From Mobula hypostoma (taxonomy: Eukaryota): 64,000 bases of DNA. The stretch lies in NCBI RefSeq assembly GCF_963921235.1, contig NC_086129.1, positions 5,890,001-5,954,000 of the forward strand. Reading direction: 5' to 3'. Position 1 is the stretch's first letter. Each line of letters begins with the position of its first letter. A program made the translations under genes and the position numbers. Under the pieces are notes generated by a model. It ran no database searches. It worked only from the letters and a program-made list of their open reading frames with translations, and was not told the origin of the DNA. Shown one piece after another: positions 22,100-35,800 of this stretch.

Positions 22100-23460
22100 C
22101 ACAGACAGGAGTCTGTGTGTAAATGAGTGAGCCTGCAGGATGATGCGTTACCCCAATCATGCCATGGCCAAGGATGTCTCTGAGAAGTTACGGGTCATTC
22201 TGAAAGGGCCGGGTGAGCAGACAGAGGTCATGTTCCTTATTAGAACTAACAACAGAGACAGGTTCCTGCAAACAGAATTTAAAGAATAGGGCAGAAAGTT
22301 CGGAAATAAAAACTCTCGGGTGGTGATTTGGGGATTAGTTCAGGTGCCACATGCTTGCGAGGTAAGAGATGGTAAGTTGGTACACTTAAATATGAGGCTA
22401 ACAATTTGGTACAGGAAAGAGGGCATCAGGAACACTGATAATTATGCTCTCTTTCAGAATAAGTGGGACTGGTGTAACATGAATTGGTTACAGTGAAGAG
22501 AAAGTAATATTCTCACAGAGAAGCTTGCTGGAGCCACCCTGACGATTTTTATCCTGTGACATGAGGAGGGGGTGTTGGGATCTAGAGCTAAAGTCAGTAA
22601 GGAGCATTGAGCGGACGGGGCATTATTTATTTGGTGTGTTCAGGAAGGTTTCCAGAAACAGTATGTAGATGGTCCGCCAGGGAGGGAGGCATACTTGGTA
22701 TGGTATTGGGAAATAAACCTGTCAAGATGATTGGAGTTTAATTCGGAAAGATTTATGGATCTCAATTCCAGAGGGTTTCAGATGGTTATTGTTAAGAGCA
22801 TGTTTGGACCTGCAGGTCGATGATTGTAAATTTGTGGAAGAATTGGGCAGGTGTCATAGAGATTTGCCTAGGAGCAAATGTTACTGGCTGTTACTGGATG
22901 GAGCTAATGTTAGCTGATGTTTGACATGTGAGAGTCACCAACAGCATGCCGGTCAGTATTTAGTAGTTCCCTGTGGCTGTGAGGAGGGTAGAGAAGGACA
23001 GGGATGGTCAGGTACTTAGGGTGATGAGAAATATTGTATTTGTTTTAAAATGTAAAAGGCGTCATACGTAAGGGCGAGGAAGATGAAATTGGACAGGGTC
23101 TTGGAAGAACATACAGGAAGCAAGAAAGAAGTCACACAGTGAATCAGAAGAGTGAAGAGTTACCAGGAAATGTCCTCATTCAGGAGGATCAATCAGAATC
23201 CCAATGCATCTTAAGCATACACAGAAAACAACAGTGGAGTGGGGAGAGGACAGGACCAGCCTAGGACAAAGGTGGGAGTTTACGCCCGGAGGCAGAGTTA
23301 GCATGTGAGGTAGAGAATGAACACTGGTGTTCACTCAGTGTACAAGGAGGAAAGCGTGATGAGAAAGGCGGTATGCTGATATTCTCCAGCGTGTTCATAC
23401 TAAAGAGGAGGTGCTGTTGGGTCTCTCAGACCATTTAGATGGGTAACTCCTTTGGGGGAT
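22100..23460 (+). mobile_element. Old degenerate CR1 LINE (ORF1 esterase and ORF2 remnants)
   Basis: aaggatgtctctgagaagttacgggtcattctgaaaggg resembles the KDVSDRLHDILK segment of the CR1 ORF1 at 39357; ORF2-like remnants follow. Confidence 0.55.
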
Positions 23461-24119
23461 TTAGACCATTGGGGGACACAGACCACATGCATTTAAATGT
23501 GATGTTTAATCTGCTGGCACCGTACTGTAAGAACAGAGATCTTAACAACATCTGACCCGTACTGTAAGGGAACGGAATGGTCTATCTCTGGTATAAGCAT
23601 ATCCTGCACATGTGACTGCACAAGAATAATCAACATTTGACTACAGGGACAGTGAACTTTACAATATCTGGACCTTCACCACCAGGACACGGAACAATAA
23701 AACTCACAGCACTGTGCAGTGAGCACACGCTCCTGTACACACCCAGCACTGTACTCCACCGTTAAACACTTCAAGGACAGGGAACTGTACAAACGTGATA
23801 TTGTACTACAATTCATGAACACTATCTATCCCCTCAATCCCACTGGGTATCTCTCAGGATGTAACAGAGAGTTGACAAAGGAGAACCTTGAATGATGTGT
23901 GCTTCAATTTACAAAGGTTTTTGAAATGCTGCTGGCAGAAAGAAGAACAGAAACGTAGGCAGGTTCTGTAAAGTTGGAAAGAGTAGTGTGTGGCTGTAAT
24001 TTCCCCAACATTTACTCCGATTGTCTTAGTGTCGAGGCTCCGAGGAGTGGAATTTGTTGGCATTCGGGAAATACTTACCAGCATTTACAGCCTATACTAT
24101 GTCAGCTTGTGCAGATTCG

Positions 24120-24735
24120 GCATGTCCTCTAAAAGGTTGATAATGTTCTCTAGAAATTTAGTGGAGAATAGCCTGACTGGTCTGGTTTAGAAACACCGAT
24201 GCCCTTGAATGCAATAACAATTGAAATGCTGTGGGTGCAGCCAGTCCATCACAGGTAAAGCCTCCTCACCATTGAACACATCTACAAGGAGCGCTGTCAC
24301 AGGAAAGCTGCATCCACATTCAAGGACCCCATCATCCAGGCGATGCTCTCTTCTCCACGCTGCCATCAAGAAGGAGTTACAGGAGCCTCAGGTCCCACAG
24401 CACCAGGTTCAGGAATAGCTATTAAACCCCAACGATCAGGCTTTGGAAACAGAGAGGATAATGTCACTCAGCACAACAATGAACTCGCTTTCAGGGAATC
24501 CACAGCTCATGTTCTTGATTATTACTGCATATTTATCATCCGTTTTGCTTTGCTTTTTGTTTACTTACACAATTTAGTCTCTTTGTTGTCTGTTCTACAT
24601 TGGCGATTTGCCAGTCTTTGACGTGTGCAGCTTTTCATTGATTCCTCTGTGTATCTTTGTATTTACTGTGCATGCCCGCAACAAATTTATATGGTGCCTT
24701 TTGTACTTTAACAATAAATTTACTTTCAACATTGA
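24120..24735 (+). mobile_element. Rex1/Babar-like LINE 3' end
   Basis: Remnants resembling AQSITG...I.DPHHPG..LFS.LPSRRSYRSL..HSTRFRNS; ends aataaatttactttcaac. Confidence 0.65.
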
Positions 24736-24744
24736 ACTACACAG

Positions 24745-25070
24745 AAAGTATCTTGTGAGAAAAGGCGGAGTAAGATAGGGCTTTACTCTTTGGCAGGAAG
24801 CAGGATGAGAGGGGACTTGATGGAGGTATACAAAATGATAGGAGGTATCAAATGAGTGGAAATCCAGAGCATGTTTCCCAAAGAGAATGTTGTTAAAACA
24901 AGGAGGTCCAGTTTTAAGGTGATGGGAGAAAAGTGTGTGCATGTTTGGGGGGGCGGTGTTGTGCGGATGACTGAGGATAACTTTTAAGCACAGAAAATGT
25001 GTGGAGTTTACTGCTAGGGAAGGCGGTAAAGGTAGGTGCATTAGGGACACTTAACAGACCTTGCACTGGG
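24745..25070 (+). mobile_element. Degenerate CR1 3' fragment
   Basis: gggctttactctttgg...aggatgagaggggacttgatggaggtatacaaaatgat matches the other CR1 3' ends. Confidence 0.65.
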
Positions 25071-25239
25071 CATGACCCTTGCAATTGATGAATTTCAGTG
25101 GGAGACCATTTTGATAACAGTCATCCTCAAAGATGGACACAATCTTGGAGGATTTTGCTAAACTAAGGGCAGCTAATGATCACCTCCCACCTTCTACTTC
25201 CTGCTCACCTTCCACCACCTTCTTATCCTGACTGATGGA

Positions 25240-25840
25240 ATGAAGGGATTGGTAAATGGGGGGAAAACAGAGGACAATGATTAAATTATAATCAATCACC
25301 TTGTGGGCGCCTTACCTTACTGTTTTGGACAGTCAAAAAGAAACTTTACCCAGGAACTGGTGAAGTACTAGCCATTGTTCTCTAAAGATTGGCAAAGGCT
25401 CAAATAAGGAACTACCTGATCTTGCAGAAGGAGCTCAAGGTACAGCTAAATATGGGAGGGATGAGGTAACGGCTAGAATGTTCTGGAGAAAAGGGGAAGG
25501 GTCCGAATGAGGAACTGATGGGCTAGCTTTGGCTTAAAATAATGATAACTAACTGACCAATGATTATCTTACATCTAATTGTATCTCAGCATGTGATTGA
25601 AATGATTCTAATGTTGTCTAAACTTGTAATCGTAAGATTTCCTGCTACCTGATCAATGTTATAAATTGTGGAGAATTGTGTAATTCGGGGGTAATTTCTG
25701 GTCCAGCTCTTTTGGGAGATCAGTCTGTAACTGCCCCCATAGCATGCTATGGGTAGAGAATAAAGGTTTGAAAAGAATTACGTGTGTCAGTGTATTTGTA
25801 GTACAATTGCTATTGCATCGGGTCCGATCGAATACGATGG
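25240..25840 (+). mobile_element. Putative solo LTR (ERV-like); boundaries uncertain
   Basis: Ordered CCAAT (25557), TATAAA (25660), AATAAA (25759) and a GT-rich downstream stretch in non-coding sequence; no TSD found. Confidence 0.35.
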
Positions 25841-25860
25841 TGTGATTGTCGCCATTTTGA

Positions 25861-25901
25861 CACGCGCGCGTGTCTGTGTGTGTGAGAGAGAGAGAGAGGG
25901 G

Positions 25902-25954
<53 letters not shown>

Positions 25955-25975
25955 GGGGGGGGGGCGGGAGAGAGA
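25861..25975. repeat. Compound (CG)/(TG)/(GA)n microsatellite
   Basis: Direct reading. Confidence 0.9.
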
Positions 25976-26184
25976 GTTTTCCCGTACTTGAAAGAATGAG
26001 ACAGAGAATCTGAGAGTTCCCATTTAGATTCAGGAATGTTTCCAGTAACTGGTGTGTCTCGAAAGTGGGGTCACAGTGATGGGACGAATATTCAGATCAG
26101 AACAAAATAATTTACGCAGCAGGTAGTGAACCTTTGGAGCTCACAACCCACTCTTGTGTTTGAGAGCGACATTTACAAATGTAA

Positions 26185-27200
26185 ATGTACAATTTAAAAT
26201 GAACAAAGTAAATGTATTGCCAAAGTATACCTATGTCACCATGTGCAATCCTGAGATTCATTGTTTGAGGCAAACTCAGTAAATCCAGGAATCAAGACTG
26301 ATCAATGAAAGACCAAACCCAAGATCATGGACACAAATACAACATGCAAAAGAGAACAAACTATGCAAATACAATATAAAAAAATAAATAATAAATAAAT
26401 AAAAATAAATATTAAGAACGCAAACAACAGGAATTCTGCAGATGCTGGAAATTGTCTCGGCCTGAAACGTCCACTGCACCTCTTGCTAGAGATGCTGCCT
26501 GACCTGCTGCGCTCACCAGCAACTTTGATGTGTGTTGCATAAGTATTAAGAAGAAGAGATGAAGAAACTGGAAATGTGTCCATAGGTCGTGGGAACAGTT
26601 CAGCGATGGCGCAAGTGAACTTGAGTACCGTTATCCCCTCTTGTTCGAGAGCTTGATGTTTGAAGGGTGATAACGCTCCCTGAACCTGGTGGTGTGGGTT
26701 CCGAGAGCCCAGCACCTTGTTCTTGATGGCAGTAATGAGAAGAAAGCATGTCCCACATGGTGGGTTCCTTGATGGAAGTAGTCTTCCGATAGCAGCACGC
26801 CGTAGAAATGTGCGCAGTGGTGGGGCTGGTTTACCCCGTGATGTACTGGGCTGTATCCATTACTTTCTGTGGATTTTCCTTTGAAGGGCTTTGGTATTTT
26901 CATATCAGGCCTTAATGTAACCTCTGAACATATTTTCCAACACACATCTGGAGAAATTTGTCAAGGTTTTAGATGTTATGATGAATCTTTGTGAACTTCT
27001 AAGGAAGTAGAGATGCTGCCGTGCTTTCTTCGTAATTGCACCTACGGGCTCGGCGCAGGAGAGACCCTCAGAAATGGTAACATGGAGGAGTTTAATGCTG
27101 CTGACCCTCTCCACTTTTGATCCTTGATGAAGACTGGCTCATGGGCCTCCTGTTTCCTCCTTCTGAGGTCAATCAGCAGCTCCTTGGTCTTGCTGACATA
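26185..27200 (-). mobile_element. Rex1/Babar-like LINE 3' portion with a Penelope terminal fragment inserted at about 26415-26540
   Basis: ERVSSIKLLHVTISEGLS...AITKKARQHLYFLR (26905..27114); HHVGHAFFSLLPSR. Confidence 0.7.
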
Positions 27201-27221
27201 AAATGAGAGGTTGTTATGAGA

Positions 27222-27665
27222 GCATAGAGGATAGGAGCGGAATTAGATCATTTGGATCATTGAGTCTGCTGCACTATTTAATTTTAGCTGATCCAATTAT
27301 GCTCTCGGCCCAAATCTCCTGCGTTCTCCCGGTATCCCTTCGTCCTGACAACTCTGTCATGAAGATACTCTGTCCTCCACAGCTGCCAATGGCAAAGAAT
27401 TCCATAGAATCTGACTCCTGCCTGGCTAGAGAAATTCCTCCTCATCTCCGTTCGAAAGATGCCCCGCTCGTCTGAGTCTGTGTTCTCTGGTCTTAGACTC
27501 TCCCAAAATAGGAAACATTTTCTGCTGATCCACTCTATCAAGGCTTTTCACCATTTGATACATTTCATTCGGTCAACTGTCATTCTTCTGAATTCCAGTC
27601 AGCACAGGCCCAGAGCCGTCAAACGCTCTTCACATGACGAGCTGTTTAATCTGCGAATCATTTAT
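27222..27665 (-). mobile_element. Degenerate CR1 3' fragment
   Basis: FRTEMRRNFSSQ (27284..27541) and a CR1-type 3' UTR. Confidence 0.65.
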
Positions 27666-27669
27666 GTCA

Positions 27670-28270
27670 GAGCCAGAATCAGAATCAGTTTTTTTATCAC
27701 CGGCATGTGACCTGAATTTCTTAGTTAAGCAGCAGCAGTTCAATGCAATACATAATATATAAGAGAGAGTAAAAAATAATAAACAAACAAACAAATAAAT
27801 AAATAAATAAATTACAGTACACATATATTTAACAGATTAAAAGTATACAAAAACTGAAATACAGTATATTAAATGTGAGGTAGTGTCCAAGGGTTAAATG
27901 TCAATTTAGGAATCTGATGGCAGAGGCGAACAAGCTGTTTCTTCATCGCTGAACGTGTGCCTTCAGGCTTCTGTACCACCTACCTGATGGCAACAGTGAG
28001 AAAATTTCATGTCCTGGATGCTGGAGATCCTTAATAATGGACGATGCCTTTCTAAGACACCGCTCCCTGAAAATGTTCTGGGTACTCTGTACCCCAGATG
28101 AAGCTGACTAGATTTACAACTTTCTGCAGTTTCTTTTGGTCCTGTGCAGTAGCCCCCGCCCCCCCCCCCACTCCCACCCGCATACCAGACTGTGATGCAG
28201 ACGGGCAGAATGCTCTCCGTTTACCATCTATAGAAGGTTTTAAGTCTATTTGTTGCCATGCCAAATCTCG
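27670..28270 (-). mobile_element. Rex1/Babar-like LINE 3' end, same family as 16329-16836
   Basis: (cagaat)n tail and sequence collinear with 16329-16836; AQDQKKLQKVVNL. Confidence 0.75.
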
Positions 28271-28439
28271 AGTTTGTTCCGTCTATAAATACTTCAATAA
28301 TTAATGCAATATGAACTTTGACCTCTAGATGAAGCACCCTTAAAAAATCTATATAGCCAAGGTGAAAGAATATTAGAAAAGGATTTGAAAAAATTCTACT
28401 GTGAAACCGTTCGAACCAGGTGCTTTACCTGAATTCATC

Positions 28440-31056
28440 GAAAAAATAGATAAAGATCCCACAGAATGTGTACAATATAGGCCTATAACTTTGTTGAATG
28501 TAGATTCCAAGATTTTTTTCTAAAATATTAGCGACCAGATTGGAAAAAGTATTGCCTCAAATTATTTTTGTTGATCAGATGGGATTTATTAAAAATCGTT
28601 GTTCTTTTTTTTTAATATTAGGAGATTAATGAAGATTGTTTATACTCCTTCACGAAGAACTCCAGAACGTGTCATTTCACTAGATGCTGAGAAAGCGCTT
28701 GACAGGGCTGAATGGACGTATTTATTTAGTGTGCTTGAAAAATCTAATTTTAGTCCGACGTTTATATCTTGGACTAAATTAATATACCTTACCCCTTCGG
28801 CGTCGGTATTTACCAATAATCAGAGATCTCCTATTTTTCAGTTGTTTCGCGGCACCAGGCAAGGTTGTCCTCTTAGTCCACCGCTGTTTAATATTGCTTT
28901 AGAACCATTGGCCATTGCTATTCGTGAATCAACTAATATATTTGTTGTCACCCGTAGGAATGAAACACATAAGTTATCACTGTACGCTGATGATTTATTA
29001 TTATTTATTTGTAACCCCGAAAAATCTATTCCGGCACTCTTATTCTTGCTTGATGAGTTTAGTAATTTTTCGGGCTATAAATTGAACCTTAATAAAACTG
29101 AACTCTTCCCTTTAAATGTGCAGGTTCCAATTTATAGATGTTCACCATTCAGACTGGTTAATGATTATTTTACTGATCTGGGTGTTAAAATTACTAAGGA
29201 GCATAAGGATTTATTTAAGTATATTATTTTACCTTTAATTGATCAAATTAATCACATTTTTATTAAATGGTCCCCATTGTTTCTCTCAATGCTTGGTCGA
29301 ATTAACGCTATTAAGATGATTCTCCGACCAAATTCTTTATACTTGTTTCAAGCATTACCAATTTTTATTTCCAGATCCTTTTTTGATACTTTAGGTTCTA
29401 AAATCTCTTCATACATATGGCAGAACAAACGTCCTAGATTAAGTAAAATGTATTTACTGAAGCCTAAAGTGGTTTGGCTTTACCAAATTTTAGATTTTAC
29501 TGTTTGGCAATTAATATCCGATATTTAATATTTTGGACACAAGATTTGGATATAACTTTACGCCCACAATGGGTAAACCTGGAATGTAAATCTATACAAG
29601 AGTTTTCTTTGACTTCCATTTTAGGGACATCTTTACCATTTGTTAGTTCTAAATTAAATGAACAAATGGTTAATCCAATAATTAAACATAAAATACGAAT
29701 ATGGTTTCAATTTCGTAATTTTTTTGGCTTGATCCAATTTATTTTATCAAGCCCTATTACGTCTATTTTTTTTTCTTTCAACTTCTATTATAGATCAAGC
29801 TTTTTAGGTATGGAAAACGAAGGGTATATTTAGCTTTCGTGATCTATTTTGGAAAACAGTTTCATATCGTTTGAACAGTTATCTAATAAATATAATTTGC
29901 CTAGATCTCACTTTTTCAGATAATTGCAAATTGGAAACTTTTTAAATATTAATTTACCCACATTTCCAACTTCACATCCAATTGATATTACGGAAAAATT
30001 CCAAGATTAAATCCTTTTCAGAAGGGTTTAATAGCATTCATTTATGATTTGATTATGAAAATAAATTCAGGAATATCTGATAAAATTAAGACTGAATGGG
30101 AAAGAGAACTCCAACTTCCTTTACCTATAGAAAAATGGGGAAATTTTTCAATTAGTTAACATATCCTCTTTATGTGCTAAACATACATTGACACCATTTA
30201 AGGTGGTGCATAGGGCACATATGTCTAAAGACAAATTAGCTCGTTTCTATTCACGTATAAGCCCAATTTGTGATAGATGCCATTCTGAAGTTGCTTCCTT
30301 GACTCATATGTTTTGGTCCTTCCCTTTCTTACATGAATATTGGAAAGATATCTTTGATATTATTTCTACCGTTTTGCATATTAATTTACAACCGCACCCT
30401 GTTTCTGCAATATTTAGGATACCAATGATGGATGATAGTTACTTCTCCCCTTCAGCCTGTCAGATGATTGCTTTTTTAACATTAATGGCTAGAAAATGTA
30501 TCTTATTGAACTGGAAAGAGGTCAATCTCCCTACTACATTTCAATAGTTTTCTCAAACTATATCTTGTTTAAATTTAGAGAAAATTAAAAGTAGCACCTT
30601 CGACCCTTCGATTAAATTTGAAGAAACTTGGAGAGCATTTATTCAACATTTCCATATGATGTAGTTTGACCTTCTCGAATCATTTTTTTAAAACTTAAAA
30701 TACACGTATAGAGGAGCGGAGTTAACGACATTAATGTTTTTATCCAATGTAATATGTTAACCTGTATTTTATTTTTCTATAGTTCTGTTTTTAGTTTTAT
30801 TTCGTTTAGGTTAATATTGCTTATTTTAATTAATATGTCTTTTTTTCTTTTCTAATTTGTTTTTTTTTAGATTTTTTCTCATTCGTCCTTCTACTATGTT
30901 TAAATATATTTAGAGTTTGGGAAGCTTTATACATCTGTATTATTACCAATGCTATATTTGCAATGTCAATTATTAATAATGTAATCCCAATCTCTGTTTA
31001 TTAATAGTGTTGTTATGTTTATAATTTTGAAAATTAATAAAAAGATTGGAAAATAA
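28440..31056 (+). mobile_element. L1-clade LINE ORF2 3' half, frameshifted
   Basis: YRPITLLNVD, ISLDAEKALD, GTRQGCPLSP, LYADDLLL; C-terminal CDRC...LTHMFW; T-rich 3' UTR, AATAAA and an A-rich end. Confidence 0.9.
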
Positions 31057-31426
31057 ATTTTGACCTCTGTTCTTGCTTTTTTTAAATGGCAACAACCATT
31101 TTGTGAACAGTTTGAAATGATTCTTGCTCTGGGATTATCTAATGAGCAGATGGTGGTGTCTGCTGATTTGGAGCTGTTCCAAGTCTCAAGGTTGTTTCAT
31201 TTGTACATGCATTAATAATAAATGCAGTTTGAATCTTGACCTCAGTTCTTGCTTCTTTATGGTTGAGGTAGACATTTTGTTAAGTGCTTGAAATGAGAGT
31301 TCAAGGGCACCTGCAGATTTCGGAGACAGATGGGAAGGTTCTGAACCAAGGGGCATGAACTGAATTGGATATGGACACGAGTATATACGGGCAGGGTCAA
31401 GCAGAGACGATGGATCTACCCCCACA

Positions 31427-32116
31427 NNNNNNNNNNNNNNNNNNNNNNNNNNNNNNNNNNNNNNNNNNNNNNNNNNNNNNNNNNNNNNNNNNNNNNNNNN
31501 NNNNNNNNNNNNNNNNNNNNNNNNNNNNNNNNNNNNNNNNNNNNNNNNNNNNNNNNNNNNNNNNNNNNNNNNNNNNNNNNNNNNNNNNNNNNNNNNNNNN
31601 NNNNNNNNNNNNNNNNNNNNNNNNNNNNNNNNNNNNNNNNNNNNNNNNNNNNNNNNNNNNNNNNNNNNNNNNNNNNNNNNNNNNNNNNNNNNNNNNNNNN
31701 NNNNNNNNNNNNNNNNNNNNNNNNNNNNNNNNNNNNNNNNNNNNNNNNNNNNNNNNNNNNNNNNNNNNNNNNNNNNNNNNNNNNNNNNNNNNNNNNNNNN
31801 NNNNNNNNNNNNNNNNNNNNNNNNNNNNNNNNNNNNNNNNNNNNNNNNNNNNNNNNNNNNNNNNNNNNNNNNNNNNNNNNNNNNNNNNNNNNNNNNNNNN
31901 NNNNNNNNNNNNNNNNNNNNNNNNNNNNNNNNNNNNNNNNNNNNNNNNNNNNNNNNNNNNNNNNNNNNNNNNNNNNNNNNNNNNNNNNNNNNNNNNNNNN
32001 NNNNNNNNNNNNNNNNNNNNNNNNNNNNNNNNNNNNNNNNNNNNNNNNNNNNNNNNNNNNNNNNNNNNNNNNNNNNNNNNNNNNNNNNNNNNNNNNNNNN
32101 NNNNNNNNNNNNNNNN
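31427..32116. other. Assembly gap (N run)
   Basis: Run of N. Confidence 0.99.
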
Positions 32117-32709
32117 CAAATGCACAGAGACACGGACACACACATACGCAAACAACCACACTTTCTTATCTCCGTTTCCAGCTCTCTGCCGTGTTCTTTG
32201 ACAGATGCGGGGTGATAGGATTAGACTACTGAGTTTGATGACCATGAGTTATGGTTAGGGATAGGTCCTGAACGAGCCCCCAGATGATCTGATTGTGACT
32301 AAGTCACTGAAGACGTTGGAGGGTTGCGTGGATGTCAACGTGTTTATTCATCACCACAGACATTTTCTTGGAGACCCTCTCGGTAGAGTCCCCCGAGCAC
32401 AAACTGCATTGCGAGTTTATAATCTGGAGGAGAATGGTAACAGTAGCTGATTCAATACAATCTCAAAAGCTACAATGACATAATTTACTTCAACATTCTG
32501 TGTTTGAGAAGTGGTTCCTTTGAAGTACATATTTACAGTAAAAGCACATTTAATTGTTAAGACACCTCAGAGGGTTCAGTCACCTTTGTTGGGACAAACT
32601 AACTCCCACGAATGTCTAAATAGCAATTCAGTAAATTAAACACAATCTATCACCGCGGGGATTGCAGCTGTCTGAGGTAATCGATTTGTAAATACTGTAA
32701 TGTGAAACC

Positions 32710-32800
32710 CTTTATTTTTAAATCTGTTGAAATCTGTCCCGGTGGAGCGCTAAATGGTATTAAAACCCCAGGCATGTGTTGCCTCAACATTTCACTCAGA
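32710..32800 (+). promoter_or_regulatory. Putative core promoter of gene C
   Basis: TATTAAAA at 32758-32765, initiator-like ttcactc near 32791, ATG at 32847; spacing matches gene B. Confidence 0.5.
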
Positions 32801-32846
32801 GAGACCGCACAGGGGGACAAGTCACTGCACAGAGACAATATCTGCA

Positions 32847-35800
32847 ATGTTGGATCGGTACGAGCGTGTGGCGAAAATGTTGTACGTGTTCATTGCCGTC
32901 ATTGGAGTTCCTGGTGAGTGAGCACAGCAATTCATGTTTGGTATTTCTGTGTGTTAACCGGCGTGAACCTGTTTATAACCATTTTATAAGCTTCCCACTT
33001 GATGACCATTACAAAAATAACCGATAGAGATATCGATCCCGTCAGCTCAACACTCTCATGCTCAATCCGTATTGATAAGTGGAATTAAGCCTCTGTCTGT
33101 CTTTTAACTCACGGGATCGACTCGAACGATGTTCTTTCCTTTAATAACACCATGTACATATTTATCCCAGTGTAGGGGAGGGGAATCTCCCCGTAAAGGG
33201 GTTGACTGCGGGGGGGGGGGGGGGGTGGTTACATTGTGAAGTACACTGTATAGAACATAGAACATAGAATAGTACAGCACAGTACAGGCCCTTCGGCCCA
33301 CAATGTTGTGCCGAACCTCAAACCCTGCCTCCCATATAACCACCACCCCCACCTTAAATTCCTCCATATACCTGTCTAGTAGTCTCTTAAACTTCACTAG
33401 TGTATCTGCCTCCACCACTGACTCAGGCAGTGCATTCCACGCACCAACCAGTCTCTGAGTAAAACACCTTCCTCTAATATCCACCTTGAATTTCCCACCA
33501 CTTACCTTAAAGCCATGTCCCCTTGTATTGAGCAGTGGTGCCCTGGGGAAGAGGCGCTGGCTATCCACTCTATCTATTCCTCTTATTAGCTTGTACACCT
33601 CTATCATGTCTCCTCTCATCCTCCTTCTCTCCAAAGAGTAAAGCCCTAGCTCCCTTAATCTCTGATCATAATGCATACTCTCTAAACCAGGCAGCATCCT
33701 GGTAAATCTCCCCTGTACCCTTTCCAATGCTTCCAAATCCTTCCTATAGTGAGGCGACCAGAACTGGACATAGTACTCCAACAGTGGCCTAACCAGAATT
33801 TTATAAAGCTGCATCATTACATCGCGACTCTTAAACTCTATCCCTCGACTTATGAAATCTAACACCCCATAAGTTTTCTTAACTACCCTATCCACCTGCG
33901 AGACAACTTTCAGGGATCTGTGGACATGCTCCCCCAGATCCCTCTGCTCTTCCACACTACCAAGTATCCTGCCATTTACTTTGTACTCTGCCTTGGAGTT
34001 TGTCCTTCCAAAGTGTACCACCTCACACTTCTCCGGGTTGAACTCCATCTGCCACTTCTCAGCCCACTTCTGCATCCTATCGATGTCTCTCTGCAATCTT
34101 CGACAATCCTCTACACTATCTACAACACCACCAACCTTTGTGTCGTCTGCAAACTTGCCAACCCACCCTTCTACCCCCACATCCAGGTCTTTAATAAAAA
34201 TCACGAAAAGTAGAGGTCCCAGAACAGATCCTTGTGGACACCACTAGTCACAATCCTCCAATCTGAATGTACTCCCTCCACCAGCACCCTCTGCCTTCTG
34301 CAGGCAAGTCAATTCTGAATCCACCTGGCCAAACTTCCCTGGATCCCATGCCTTCTGACTTTCTGAATAAGCCTACAGTGTGCAACTTTGTCAAATGCCT
34401 TACTAAAATCCATATAGATCACATCCACTGCACTACCCTCATCTATATGCCTGGTCACCTCCTCAAAGAACTCTATCAGGCTTGTTAGACACGATTTGCC
34501 CTTCACAAAGACATGCTGACTCTCCCTGATCAGACCATGATTCTCTAAATGCCCATAGATCCTATCTCTAAGTATCTTTTCCAACAGCTTTACCACCACA
34601 GAAGTAAGGCTAACTGGTCTATAATTACCCGGACTATCCCTACTACCTTTTTTGAACAAGGGGACAACATTCGCCTCCCTCCAATACTCCGGTACCATTC
34701 CCGTGGACAACGAGGACATAAAGATCCCAGCCAAAGGCTAAGCAATCTCTTCCCTCGCCTGGTGGAGCAGCCTGGGGAATATTCCGTCAGGCCCCGGGGA
34801 CTTAACCGTCCTAATGTATTTTAACAACTCCAACACCTACTCTCCCTTAGTATCAACATGCTCCAGAACATCAACCTCACTCATATTGTCCTCACCATCA
34901 TCAAGTTCCCTCTCATTGGTGAATACCGAATAAAAGTATTCATTGTGTATCTGAGATATTGGTCAGAGAGAACCCCTGGTCCTGTGTTTCACCCCTCCCT
35001 GTGGAGATCACAGTCGGATCCCGCTGACTGTTGGTCAATAATTGGGTCCGATCACCTGGATCAGAGTCCTTGGATCTGCTGACACGAGTTATCGAATTGA
35101 ACTGCGCTGTGGAATTAATCCTTAACGGACGCGCTCAGCCTCCGGTTACTAAGTTGTCGCTACTTTCCCCCTGAGATCCGTCGTAAATCGGGGCAGCGTT
35201 TCGTCATGAAGACGGTCTCGACCCGCATCAAGAGTTTGTTCAATTCCATGGATGCCGCCTGCCCTGCTGAGTTGCACCAGCATTTTGTGCGTGTTCCTCC
35301 CCTCTGTATCGCTTCTCGGCCCCCTCAGATGCTGAGTTTCCGGAGACCTGGTGAGTCACGGTTAAATCGGTGAAACCGGGCCCATCAGCGACTGGAATCG
35401 GGATCAGCACCGATTGTTCTTCTTCATGTCGCTCGTTTTTATCGCCGACGATTGCCGACTCATCATCTTATCTGCACACTGAAGAAGGCAGTTTAGAGAC
35501 AGCGTGACCCGTGTCTATTGTTAGATCAGTAGCCGTTCACAGAGTCTAGCACTCCTGAGGTTCAGCTGAAGCCCGATCCCGGGTCAATTCCCGGAAAATA
35601 AGTTCAGTTATGCCCACTGTCTGCCCTCTCTCTCTGTCTCCCCCTCTCCAGTGAATTTAGTGGCGATTGTGCTCCTGTCCCGGGGAAAGTGCGGCCTCTC
35701 TACCTGCACCACTCGCTACCTGGTGGCCATGGCAACGGCCGATCTACTGACCATCGTCACACAGGTCATTTTGTATCGAATTAATGTGTATTACTTCCCC

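Noticed and set aside
23480-23800. Faint repeats of about 38 bp (ccgtactgtaag)
   Set aside because: Only two clear copies; too degenerate to define by eye
31186-32245. ORFs of 247-321 aa
   Set aside because: They stay open only because they run through the N gap
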